This document shows, in pieces, positions 39,333 to 51,930 of a stretch of 64,000 nucleotides of DNA; positions within the stretch are counted from its first letter, which is position 1; every line of letters starts with the position of its first letter. Below the pieces are notes generated by a model, which saw only the letters and a program-made list of their open reading frames with translations, searched no databases and was not told the DNA's origin. The translations under genes and the position numbers were made by a program. The DNA is from Chara braunii. Its lineage: Eukaryota; Plantae; Charophyceae. The stretch lies in the NCBI GenBank assembly GCA_003427395.1, contig BFEA01000022.1:193486-257485 (forward strand), given 5' to 3'.

Positions 39333-41185
39333 TCAGGCTAAGAGGAGAATGAACTCCCAAAATGTACTTTTATCCCGTGAGCACACCACCCCTCGTCTTT
39401 TCCTGATCTTTTCTTTCAGGTGCTTCGCGCCCGCGATATTGAAATGCCTTAACCTCAGCCTTTTAACAAGGAAATTCAGACTCTGAGCCAAATAACCCAT
39501 GGCATCCCTAATGGGACTTAGGAAGGAGGGCACTATAGCCCTTTTCTTGCACACATCTTTGTCCTTAAACAGGGTATATGCCTGCTGTAACCTCCCACTG
39601 TTATCCCATTTTGCAATTCTTCCGAGCTTTTGACCAAGATAGTTTTTGCTTCTTTCAATATTGCATTCTCAGACACTTCCAACTTTATATAGTTCAAGTT
39701 GTCATTGTACATCATCTTCATGCCTTCTTTGTACAACATTGGCCATTCCACAAGCGTTGCGCCTGGGTTTCAGTCCAGTGGTGAGACTACTAGCCTCTTT
39801 AGAGCTTGTTTCAGACCGAAGACATACTCGGTGTCACAACCCACCAAGTATGAAGCCCCTTTTTCACAAAATTCATTCCAATTTATGTGAACTTTCTGTG
39901 TCTGGTGCGCACATTCCATTTTCTTTAAAGGTTCAAGTGCATTGTTACAAGCCTGATTTACATCCTTCCCCCACAACAGCCTCCCTGGATAAGGTGTGTT
40001 TTTTGCATTCAGCACGAACTCCCTAACCCCCTCCAATTCATCCAATCTGACTCGAACATGCCCCTTTTCTTTGGGCAGGTCAAAGTCTTTGCAAGTGCAG
40101 GGTGACCCGCTCCATCTTGCAAAACGCTGGTGATTATGCAGAATGTCCTTGACATAGTTTCTTTTCTGCCAGACAGTTCTCATTCTACCAATCACCAAGT
40201 CAGACAGACAACTTGGGGAGATCATTCCTTTCAAGCAGTCCTTAAAACATCACTGAGTCTCAAAAGGGTAATTTACTAATTTTACCATAATCCTATGTCT
40301 CGGATTAATGCCAAAAACCTTTTTGGTAATTCTTGTGATACTACCCCTCGTGATTTGCCTACCTCTGTTGAATTTAACAGTTTAATTCCTGCATTCAATT
40401 CTAACATTTCTTCTAATTTCTTTTTATACAAAGTCTTCCTCTTCCAAGGGGCCCTCAATATAGAAATTACATCAGCCTTTGCTATTTCTGATTTGTTCTT
40501 AGTCTTTTTCAGGTTTGTTACAAACCATTCCCAACCCTCCTGGATGAATGGCTTCACATCTTTCAAAAGGAACTTCTTTCCAAGGAATTCAACAATACTG
40601 AAGCCAACTAATAATTTAACTAGCCCCCATGGTTTGAGCCAATGATCTCCCTTATTTAGCATATTCAACAGACTCGGCTCCCCTTTGACATTCAAATGAT
40701 CACAATCAAACCAGGGCTGCACCTGCCACCGGCCAGTTGGACCGGACCGGACCCAACCGGGCCGGTTGGAACCCCGGTGGTCCAACCGGAAATCCGGTTG
40801 GGCCCAAAACTGGGTCTTTTTTTTTTTTTTTTTTTTTTTGATGATGGGGTTGGACTGCACTTGTTGAGATCTCCCCGAATCCGCAGAGAAAATATTGATC
40901 TGCAATTTTTTTTTTCATGGGGTTGGGGGNGGGGGGGGGGGTTGTGGCAATTCATGGATTGAGGGTGGGCTGCATTTCAGGGGTGTCCTCCTCCTCCTCC
41001 TCCTCCTCACCCTCCTCACCATCATCATCATCATCATCATCGTTATCACCATCATCATCATCGTCGTCGTCGTCGTCATCATCGTCATTATCATCATGAT
41101 GTCATCCTCCTTCATCATCATCATCATCCACTGTCCATATCATCACCCCACGCGCCCGCTACCCTCCGCGCGCACCCACAACTTT

Positions 41186-41260
<75 letters not shown>

Positions 41261-43900
41261 CGGAAACTTCGGACTTCGGCTTTGCCAGAAGAAGAAGAAG
41301 AAGAAGAAGAAGAAGAAGAAGAAGAAGAAGATAGTAATAAGAAGAAGAAGAAATAGAAGAAGAAGAAGAAGAAGAAGAAGAAGAAGAAGAAGAAGATAGT
41401 ATGAAGAAGAAGAAACAGAGAACAACAAGGGAAGACTTACCTTTACCGATGGACGGCCGGGCGGGGCGATGGCGATCCGAGGCTGGGGTGGACGTGGGGG
41501 GGCCGACGCAGCCTCGACCTCGTTCACTTTCGACGAAGTGACGGGTCCTGCTGCTTGAAAGCAGGTGGAGGCGGGAGGCGGGGTGGTGGGGGTGGTGCCT
41601 GGGGAAGGTTTGGATCGCCGCCAAGAACTTCCGGTGGTTTCCCGCCCAAATGTTCAAAAACGGGCGGCCTACTTGGGCAGCAGATCTCACCAGATTGACG
41701 ACCCAGATAGGCTGCCAGTTTTTCAATAATCTGGCGGGCCTACCAGACCCGGTTGATCTTTTTTTGGGGCCGGGAGGCCTCCACGACTCGCATGGAGGCC
41801 TCCCGGCCCCCAAAAAAATTGAAACCCCCCCGCCAGCGAATTGCGCAAATCCGGGGGGGAACTGGCGCTCTCCACCGGCCGGTACCACCGGCCCGGTTCC
41901 GGTGGGGGAAGAGGGCCCCGGTGGGACCGGATATTCAGCCTTGAATCAAACAGGATAGCCTTTTTGCATGGTTCAAAACCTTTCCTTGTCTTTAGCTGCC
42001 TTCTAGGCTTGCTCCTTGAGGGTTTGTTATTTACCTTTCTCGAATTCAAACCAGGGCTGAGACTTCGAATGACGAATTCTTCCATGCAACCAAGTGAACT
42101 CTTACTTCCAAACCATAATGGCAAAGCAACGTAATTACATATCCCAATTTTTTCCAGCCATCTATGCACCTTTTGTTTTGGTTCAGATTCGGTGGTCCTC
42201 ACATGTTCACGCCATCTAATCTGCAAATCCCTCTCTGTTTGCCCAATATAAGCGTGTTTGGAAAAGGGGAGATTAGAAGATAGACACAACTATTGCCTTT
42301 CAGCAATTTGTACCATTCTGTAGTGTTGAGACTCGTCCAATACTTAACGTAGACTTTACCCCATCTGATGTCTGCTTTGAGACAAAGTGCTAGTGCAATC
42401 AGCTTCAGGAGATTACGCGCCTCCCTCCCAATGATCTCATGATGCTTTTTTTTAAGCTCAATTAATCTCCTACGTACCCTTAATAGCGTTCTCTTACTAA
42501 CCAAATCTAGTTTCTCGCCAGATTGCCTTTCTGTAACTCCTCTTCTGAGTCGGAGCTGCTGGAAGTTTCCTCCGCTTCGTCACCATCACTCTTCTTTTCA
42601 TCCTCCTCCTCATCGGCCTTCACCTCGTGCTTCTCCAGTTCTTGCAGTACTTCAAAATCTAGCCTTGCGAGCTCCCACACTCCACCTCCTTTCCGTTTGT
42701 TCGGGATACCCTTTACTTTGCACAGAGCCTGTATCTCTCTGTAGTGCATTGCATCATATTAGATCACCCTGTCTTGAAAATATAAGCCTAATGACCCCTC
42801 TTCCCTCTCACCTTCTCCGTTCTTCTCAGTTCCCATCATCTTCTTTTGGGGTTCTTCTGCATCCCCCTCTTGCTCACCACGCCCAAGCCCATATTCACCA
42901 TGCTTCATGTCCTGCCCAACAGTTCTTTAAGAAGATCTTTCAATTCTGCCAAATCCTTCCCCCCACGGGACGAGCCATCCATTTTTCTACTCAGATTTTG
43001 CACTACCCTATCTTTTTCAATCTCCCTCCCATCCTCATCTGACGACACCTCGACAGGCTTCTAGGTCTTTTCTTTCCCATTTTTCCTCAAGAGCACTGAC
43101 CGGGACCTGACTTTAGCTTTCAATGTTGCTTTTCTCCGAACTGGAGCTTTCTCTCAACTCCCTTACTTCTTTTTCAGCCCGCATCATCTTCAATTCTTCC
43201 AATTCCTCATCCTTTAGCTTGGATTTTTTGTCCACTTCCTCGAGTTTTTCTGAGAGCAACTTCAGAGAGCCCCCAAAATTCGTTGCAACCCATTTCTTCA
43301 TCTCATCCTCCTTTCTATCATCAACAAGTTTTCCTTTTCCCTTCTCTTTCCCTTGCTTCCTATTCTTCTCTATCTTCTCTTGAGTCCTTACCTTTCTTCC
43401 CTTCTTTTTGCTTCCCAGACTCCCTCCCTGGCACCTTTAGTCTCGCGATTTCATCGAGATCTTTTTTTTCGTGCTTCGTCCACAGCGTCTTTCAATTTCA
43501 ATTTCTCAATGAAATCAGCGCGCTCACGCGTGAAAAAGGCTTGATTCTGGTATCCCCCATTCCCACGACCATAAACCCGGTTATATTGACCCCCCGATTG
43601 CGTATGAGTAAAGATCGTTCCAGCGCGCGGCCATTACGCCTGTGGCTGAGCCCAAACGTAATTCGGAGGTGTCGGGTTATAACCGAAAGGATTCATGGAT
43701 GGACCGAAGGGTGGGAAGAAAGGGTTCACCGGAGTTTGATAGGGGATGCTTCCTGCAGAGAAGGGAGCAACAGGTGGTTGAGCTGGTGGGGAAGGAGGAG
43801 GGGTCTCCATCCAATACCTCCCACAGTTTGACCACCTACCCCTACCCCGATCCCTACCACGCGCCTGCATGTGCTATACTATATCAAATACTACAAAATG
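39333..43900 (-). mobile_element. Penelope-like retroelement with N-terminal GIY-YIG endonuclease, decayed, truncated early in RT
   Basis: GIY-YIG 'CVYLLISPF/SKHAYIGQTER...RWREH...E...LN' at ~42040-42295. Downstream are a CxC...H motif (39770-40234) and RT-start-like motifs 'LVVSPLD*NPG' and 'KKRAIVPSFLSP'. Upstream is a broken Pro-rich/coiled-coil ORF at 42507-43870. Confidence 0.78.
40712..41943. mobile_element. Non-autonomous hAT-type DNA transposon (1232 bp)
   Basis: Perfect 8-bp TSD AATCAAAC (40704-40711 and 41944-41951), imperfect TIRs CAGGGCTGCA/TTCAGCCTTG, CCGG-rich subterminal repeats, and internal (CAT)n, (CT)n and (GAA)n. Confidence 0.9.
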
Positions 43901-44879
43901 TTTGTATATGTATCGGTAATCAATCGAGAACACACGTCAATACACAAATAAGTACACGTTAGTGTCAGTGAGTATCAAAAACTTCAATCCCCATAGTGTC
44001 AAAAACAAATATTCCCTGATGAGATGCTCAGTCGTTCGACGTCAGTATTGGAATCGCGGAGACCTTCAATGAGTGATGTGTGCTGCTCCGATCGTTGACA
44101 CGTGCATAACATACAAGCCAATATCGTAGTGAAACCAAAGAAGGCTTGCCGCAATACCACGATGATGCCAAACAATGAAGAGACAGCGCACAAACCACAA
44201 AAGCGCTTCCACGTGTCGGAACAACGACGTACCGTAGCATAATACTACGGATCATGAAGAGAGAAACTCGCGCCCGGTGTCGACGATACGGTACTCAGGT
44301 GTCGCTCACAAACCCTAGTACGGATGACGACGTCTTCCCAGCGTAGACATAGCAGAACCCTACTGCAGATGGACTCTTAGACAATGCTGCCAAGTATCGA
44401 AAACTACGCTCGCTCCGTAGTATCGAGGCGGTGCCACTCGATGGCCCCCGACCAATGGACGGGTCTTCCATGGCCACTTCAGGTTATCTCATAGGTTTCA
44501 GGTGGGGACCTGAAACCTCTGAAATGACCTGAAGTGGTTGAAGCTTCTGGAAGCGGTTTCAGGTCCCCCCATCCAAGTACCCAACACCCGTATGAAGCAG
44601 TTGAAAATGACCTGAAAATATAGGCATTTGTTAACCTTCTCTCTCTGGTAGCTCTTGGACTTTCTCAGGACTGCGCGACTCCTTTTGCACTAATGTCGGT
44701 TGGAATGACGAGGCCTAGCAACCTACCGGACTGCTAGGATGGATTGGCCTACTGGACTCTGCAGCAGCTAGCATACAAATGGGCCTATCGGTTGGGATGA
44801 TGACCCATGGGCCACATGACTTCGGGAATTCTGGGACCAGGACTAGGACTCAAGCTCAATAATGCATGAAATCCGCACG

Positions 44880-44880
<1 letters not shown>

Positions 44881-44968
<88 letters not shown>

Positions 44969-44969
44969 N

Positions 44970-45022
<53 letters not shown>
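44881..45022. repeat. (GA)n microsatellite beside the PLC splice donor
   Basis: Directly visible, with one N. Confidence 0.97.
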
Positions 45023-45026
<4 letters not shown>

Positions 45027-45033
45027 AACTCAC

Positions 45034-45105
45034 TTTCACATAGAAGTCAGGGGGCTTCAGTGTGTCAAAGAAGTGTTTCCAGCCTTTGCCGCATAGGACT
45101 TGGAC
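45034..45105 (-). CDS. PLC: PI-PLC penultimate exon (72 nt, start of C2 domain)
   Basis: Pyrimidine tract-CTAG, then VQVLCGKGWKHFFDTLKPPDFYVK, then GTGAGT. It matches plant PLC 'VKVYMG-GW...FD--SPPDFY' and joins the last exon in phase 0. Not in the ORF track. Confidence 0.9.
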
Positions 45106-47034
45106 CTAGTGGAAAGGGGGCAGAAACCAGCCAAAATTGAACACAGAGCTACTGCGTTAGAACCTATTGCAATCAACCCACTTCTCAAGCTCACCACTCA
45201 ACAATTCGCATGCATGAGCTCCACAACAAAACTCAAAAGATAAGTCAATGAACAGGGAGGAAAGGATGATAATAATACCATTAATTGACAAAGGTTGATA
45301 ATAGTACCATTAATTAACAACCAAAGATTACGGAGTTGATCTTCTCCCTCCTCAACCCCGGAATTTTCATGTCCAATCACTTATTCTCTCTGCCGAATGA
45401 GTCTCTCAGTCCAACCAACGCCAGGCTCTGCTTCTGTCTCACTACACCCAACCGAAATCTCTCTTCTACCATTCCCTCCTCAAGCACCTCTTATTCCAAG
45501 CAGCAATGCCGCATACCTCAAGCAAGAGAGAAGCCAACAACAATGCAGAGCATCAGCCACGGGACAATCTCCCACAAGCAAGTTCTCACCTCCAACCTTC
45601 TGTCCTCACTCTCTCATCTACAGCTATGGAGCCACCCGACTCCCCTGCTCTACCGGCAGCCTCCTCTCATCCATGGCTGCCTCCCCTATCTCTGTTCTTC
45701 TGACTTATGCAAGGTAGTCTCCTCCAGCATGCCAGCTCCAGCTTCACCTTGCCCAGGCAGAAGGAATACTGAACTGAGTCATGGCCTTTCTTTTGTAAAG
45801 TTGACTCAGCTTTGGCGTGCCTCAGGTTGCCTCCTTGAATGGCTGAAATTTTCTCGACCTGTGCAGCGAGCATATGGTTGCGGCCTGTGTGTGCCTCGTC
45901 TGAGCGAGTGTGGATGCTTCTGGAAACTGTGATGAGCCCTTGGATTCTATGTGATCTGTAGCTGAGTTTGCCTTGTGGGAAAATCTTCGACTCTTGCTCT
46001 ACTGTGCCCAGGTTGGGCCTGACTGTCGACTTTCCTCAGGCCTGGGAGGCTGGGACATTTTTTCCAGGCCCTGGGGTTGTTTTCGAGGCCCCGTACCCGT
46101 CTGTTTGATCTGATAGACCCTTCTTCGACAACTCCTGATTCTCCTGGCCCTAGACAGGGATTCTTGACCCTGGAACTCGGACTCGGACTTGGGAGACACG
46201 AGCCTATACTCAATTCTAAGGCCCCTTGGCTTGTGCTTATCACAATATGTAAACCTCGAGGAGTTCGTCCTCCGGAATTGCACAAGGTGAAAGCTAATAG
46301 TGCTAGGCAGCTTGTCCTGCTGATCATACTCTCATGGGTTCAAATTTGCTCTCACTAGCACACATTAGCATATCAGCTGCAGGTCCGTACTTAATATCTC
46401 GGACAGTAAATTGGAGAGAATGAAAAGACTGGTAATAGAGAGACTGAAGAGTATATAACTAACTGTACATTCGTCACACACTCCAGATACAGTATGCCAC
46501 ACTCTGGTTCACTCAAACATTTTCCACTGAAGCTCAGCTATTGGACCCATCCCTTCACTACAACAGATCACATGCCTTCATTGAGCTTGGTGACCACAAT
46601 GAGCCTTCTGATAGTCCCTCATGTACGCTTGTACACGTAGGCCCACACAACATCAATGTTGCATCATACAGGCGAGAAAAATAACTCCTTGCTTTTGCAC
46701 ACATGCTCACAAAACCCTGGGACACACACTATAGCAGGCATTTGAACAGGTTTGATAGTTGTAGCAGCATGTGGCCAGGGAAGACTTTAGGATTGTAGTA
46801 CGATCTTTCTCGGCCGAAGTCCAGGCCTTCGGCCTCTTTTCCACACCGTCGAATGTCAGCAGGGCGTGTTCTAGGGCTATGGGGTTCGGGGTTATTGTGG
46901 AGCACATCTCTGTCGCCCCCTCTTGTCTCCATCATGTTTTTCGGGTTCTCTCTGAGCTACCTTTTGTTTGTTTTATCTAGGGCTTCACTTTCAGTAAGTA
47001 GGGCATGCTGCAAGGTCTGGGCCTTGCTCCTTTC

Positions 47035-48033
47035 TGTGAGGATCTGGGTCCTCGGCAGGCCTAAGGGGCCCCTGCTGCAAATGTGCCCGCCCTAAGTGAA
47101 GGTGGGCCTAACAAATCACGAGAGGCCCTAAGCTGTCAAATTCGTATTTGGGGTCCAGGCAGTTTCGTCACGCCAGTTGGTTGAGGAAACACAGGCCGAG
47201 CAGCAAGGAAATTCCACGACCTTCTAGGCTTTTCCGAAAGAGCAGGCCCTGGGCGAGATTCGCAGCCTCATACACAGAAAGTTGGGAGGCCCAACTGAAT
47301 GAGGCCCAGTGGCTGCACCAGAGGCGCAGCATCCTGGGGCCTACCGGAAGCTTCTGGGCCCAGGCCCAGACCAGTCAGGCTGCGAAGGCAGGCAGACTCT
47401 TTCCATATAGGAAAGAGCTCGTTGCCTGGAGCCGCATTCACACACTTGCATGCCTAGCGATGGCGCTGCTGGAGCGAGCGCTCGCGGACTGCTACTGGAG
47501 CTGAGAGGCAAGGCGTGGGCACGTGCGGTCGTGTGAAGGAGGGCACTGCTGAGGGCAGCGCCATAGCCCAGCCACCATAGCTGGCGGGCTTGGACTACAG
47601 TGAGGCGCAGGGGTGGTCTTCGGGTGTACAGAGGGAAAACGTGGGTGTAAGACGAGGGAGAGAGAGAGAGAAGGATGATGATGATGATAATGTGAGGGCA
47701 CATACCTGGTATTGGTGAAGGTCTGCTACTGGCAACTTCTTCAAGTACTTCGTTGGCTGCTGACGTCAACAGTTGCATTGTCAATTAGTAGGCTACTAGT
47801 AGCTGGGTAGGGAGTAGGCTGGGCGCCGAGCGCCAAGTACGGAGAAGGACCTGGATACATATGTTGGTGGTGGCGAGAGCAAGCTCTCATTGACATTGGT
47901 TTCCAGTGTTACGATTCTCCATTGGTGACATATTGGTGCAATGCTGCTTTCTGAGCACGGTGATACGATCTGGCTTTCAATGTGATTGTGCAATCTGAAT
48001 ATTGTCATCTCGCTTCTGTTCATTTTCCTTGCA
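47035..48033 (+). repeat. 5' LTR (~1 kb)
   Basis: TGTGAGGATC...CCTTGCA, matching 62636-63550. Confidence 0.92.
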
Positions 48034-48036
48034 ATT

Positions 48037-48054
48037 TGGTATCGGAGCTGGTTC
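48037..48054 (+). promoter_or_regulatory. Primer-binding site, tRNA-iMet type
   Basis: TGGTATCGGAGCTGGTTC, 3 nt after the LTR. Confidence 0.82.
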
Positions 48055-49222
48055 GAACTGCGCTCATTGGCTCTTCGCAATAGCTGCGCGGTGCTTCACA
48101 TGAGGTGTGGGGCAGTGATAAGGCTTGGGCGTTGGACGTAAGGCGGCCCAGGGTCGTGTGGGCGCGCCAGGAAGCTATGTGGTGACATTAGGGGTGTACG
48201 CAGGATGATGAAAGCTCGCTGATGTGGCATTTAAGCTGAGGTGGAACTGCATTCTGCTGTTGGTTGTGTCGAGGCAAAGACCGGTCATCATAAATGCACA
48301 TCAGGTTGCCGGTGAGAAATCTGTTGTTGGGGGCAGCATTATGAGGTACGTTGCTCTCTTCCTTATCTACCCTCTTCGTTACTGCTTACCGTGAGGAAGT
48401 GAGTCTAGTCTTGAGAGTCCTCTCAATGTGAGGCGTCGCAAGCGCTCAACCTTGAGAGTCGACATTCTTCCTGGGCAGCAAGCTGGTGGGAGACGGGCGT
48501 AGCCTCTGAAGGGCCCTGGACGAAGCACTCGGGTCACTGTCACCATGCCAACCCGCTGGGACTAGTACACGCATGCTTTGCCGTAAGTCCTTGGTTCTGC
48601 TGCTGCGCAACAGAGGTCATGCAGGGCATGCCAGCCCCTTGAACAGACGCTTTAAATATTTCTGGCCGGGACTCGGTGTTGATTCTGGCTGTGATCGTCG
48701 TCCTGTCTGCGACGTTAAATAATTCATGAGGAGTTACGGGGGATCTCCTTAAATGCCTCCTGATCAGCCAGATCAAACCGGGTGTAAGGCTCGTTGCATG
48801 CGAGGATAAATAAAGTGCAGGGGCTGGCAGGTTCGGCGTTGACTTGGGGCACAGGGGTGGGCGGGATTGCACACCTTTAGACACGCTGCTCAACCAGATG
48901 CCTAGGAACGTCGATACAAAGTGCTTACTCAAGAGGGATACAGGGAAAGGGTTGGATTCCGGCAACTGTTCGCCGTGGCATTAATTAGATAAACTGCCAT
49001 TCAGCATACATCTCTGCAGGGAACATTATTTTTATTTTTGATTATTTAGTTGTTACGGACTTGTCTAACAATTGACAGACAGCTGCAGATAGAGTAGTAT
49101 ATTCTTTGCTGCATTGCAATCTGTATTAGAGTAATCAAAAAATAGAATTAACATTCCCTGTAGGATCTGACATTGGTTGGCACCTAACTACGTAACTGTT
49201 TTTGTCCAGGCCGACCGAAGTT

Positions 49223-49279
49223 AGTTGTGTATCATACTCAGTTGTGTATCATACTCAGTTGTGTATCATACTCAGTTGT
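49223..49279. repeat. 17-bp tandem repeat x3 (AGTTGTGTATCATACTC)
   Basis: Directly visible. Confidence 0.92.
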
Positions 49280-49339
49280 ATGTCATGCTGCGGTAGGATT
49301 CAATGTGGATTCTAGTTTAGATCACACGCATTGTAGCTC

Positions 49340-51136
49340 ATGAGTGATGCAAGCACGAGTGAGGAGTTGTTAGTGGACGACCTTAGGGTCACTCGAAGAA
49401 CTGCTCTCAGTTGACCCTTGACTTTCCTAGAGTTAGGTCCAGGGGACGAGAGGAGACTGTGGAGAGAGGCTAGGGAGAGGGCAACAGCGAGGAGAGCGAG
49501 GGACGCTGAGGCCAGCGCCAGGTCTAGAACTATAGCTAGCACAAGTGCAACCATGGCCACCTCCTCCATGTCGCAGGCCTCTTCACAGGTCACTTCGTCA
49601 GGAGTCTGCCAGAGTGGTTCTCAAGCTTCCATCAGCCAGAGTGTTGGCTCGCAAGTCAGCCAACAGGCTCAACTCACGCCGAAGGATTATAAAATCCTCC
49701 AACCAGAAGAACTTCAGGATGAGCTACGACGGCAATTGGATGAGGCATCAGAGAGAAGAAGGAGAGCAATAATGAGAAAAGCTAGACTAGGTAGTAGATT
49801 GCAGGAACTAGGCAAGCTAGAGGCACTAGATGAGTCCACACTTGATCCCGCTATGCAAGCACTGCGGAATTCGCTCCTATGTGTGGCGGAGACGCAGGTT
49901 GTTCAATAGGAAGTGTTGGCTGAACTAGTGGCAGGCCAGAAACGAATTCTAGTTGCACTTCAGGTTCCTCGTATAGTGATGAGGCAGCCTCAGTTTGTTG
50001 TAGCTCCCCCATCGGTTGCGGGTCCATCAATGACGTCGTCGTCGTTTGGGCCCTCATTCTCACCTATGTTTGGCATGCCTCCTCTAGGTGGTTATGTGGC
50101 GATTAGTGGTCCGATCCTTAAAACAGTGGTTACTACAGCCCCACTATCAAGTCAGGCCCAAATTAGTGTGCAACCTGTTTCGATGGCTATGCAGCCACTG
50201 CAGCAATCTCTTGGGCCAATGCAGCCTATGCAGTGGATGCCCAAAATACCCTTGCTGAGTCTTAAGCCCTTCTCTGGCGACAGGAAGAAGGATGAGGACT
50301 TGGATACCTGGGTGAGGACGGTGCCTACCTATGTGAGGCACAAGCTCACCGGAGCAAGAAGTTGTAGTGGCTGCCTCCTTTCTAGAAGGGTCTGCAGCCC
50401 GCTGGTTGAATGGCCTTGTGCAGCAGCAGGGCTACGGTCAGAACTTCGATGCCTGGGCCCAGGCCCATACATTGGAAGACTTTGTACGGTCCGTGTATAA
50501 TAGGTGGCATAACCCTCAAAGGGCTCAAAACGTCATAGACGCGATCAACAATCTTTGTGCCAGAAGGTACAAGAATGTTCGTGAGCTCACGGATACCGTA
50601 GAACGTCTGCTCGTGGTACCTGGTGTGCGCTTTGACCAGCAGGTACTCCTCACGGATTACCTAAGATGTCTGCCTTCATAGGTTAGGACAAAGTTGGTGG
50701 ATGAGGCCTATGTCGAACAACACAACTTTGCTTCCTTCAACAAGAAGGCCTTAGATATAGAGGCAAAACTGGGTCCGTGCATCAGAGTCACGGAGATGGT
50801 ACGAAAAAAAGGCTCCCCCAGGACTGGAAGAAGAAAGGGCAACTAATGTTCGTCGACCACGATGGTCAGGCGACAAAAAATGACGACTTCCCAAACCTTG
50901 AGGAGGAGACAGAGCATGATGGGGCCAGCGAGACTTCGGATGAGGGAGTCATGGCACCCATCAAAGAAAAGGCTAGGGGGACCAGGAAGAAGAAGGTAGG
51001 CTGGTCTACAGGTCAGGGCGACCAAGGAACGCCCGCATGGGTGAAACTTGGTTTAGAGTATGAGGTGTCAGACCCACCGACGCTGTGTTCGAGAGATGTG
51101 TCTGAGGCCCTAGAAGAGTTAGAGACTAAGTGGTGA
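49340..51136 (+). pseudogene. gag, disrupted, zinc-knuckle region deleted
   Basis: 'KPFSGDRKKDEDLDTWVRTVP' and 'ASFLEGSAARWLNG'. Homologous to the minus-strand gag. Confidence 0.88.
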
Positions 51137-51163
51137 GGGAAGGACCCACGAGACTCTTGGGCG

Positions 51164-51930
51164 ATGATCAGTAGAGGTCCAAAAGGTGAACACTTCGTGG
51201 TAGAGGTTGATGTAGGTGGCCGCAAGGTGGAGGCCTTCGCAGACATAGGCTCTACACGAAACTTCATCAGCCGTGCTTGTGTGGATAGACTGCGCTTAGG
51301 GGACCAAGTGCAACGGCTTAGCAGAACTGTAGCTTCTACGCTAGCCAACAAGCACCAGATGGTAGTTAAAGACTATGGCAAGGACGTAGTCTGTTCCTTC
51401 TTTTATGGAGAAGGGGAAGTGAGACATAAAATCTCATTCCTCGTCAGCTACGAACTGCCCTTCGATATGCTACTAGGCATGTACTACCTTGAGGTTGCTC
51501 AACCTCAGTTCGATTGGGATAGAAAGGTGTTGTTACACAAGCTGCCAAATGGTAGGACCGTTAGACTGCAGAAGTTTAAAGCTAGCAGTCTAGTGGAAAA
51601 CTACGGCTGCATGTGTGCCTCCTCTTTCTATAACTATTATAAGCAGAATCGCGAGGAGGGCATGTATCTAGTCTTTGTCTCTGAAAAAGGGGAGGCCGTT
51701 AAAGCACCCCCAAAGATAGAATCAGTCGTCGCGCAATATTTCGACCTTTTTTAGGAGCCCACAGGTGTGGTAGAAAGGGAGGTGGTCCATGCGATAAAGG
51801 TTGTCCCAGGTAGCAAGGTGCCTAGAGAGCGAATCTATAGGATGTCTCCTGCGGAGTTGGATGAGCTCCGCCGCTAGCTCAAGGAGCTCATAGAAAAGGG
51901 ATGGATTCGGCCTAGTACCTCCCCTTACGG
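51164..51930 (+). pseudogene. Protease and start of RT, up to the insertion site
   Basis: 'AFADIGSTRNFIS', 'FDMLLGM', then '...KGWIRPSTSPYG'. Confidence 0.9.

Noticed and set aside
44016-44040. Hammerhead ribozyme (CTGATGAG) near the Penelope-like element, and a similar motif at ~52921-52950 on minus
   Set aside because: No correctly placed GAAA with closing stems. The first is also antisense to the element.
45336-47034. Further PLC exons or other host genes in these ORFs
   Set aside because: No Y-domain motif (such as NG-CGYV-KP) or other recognisable domain was seen by eye.
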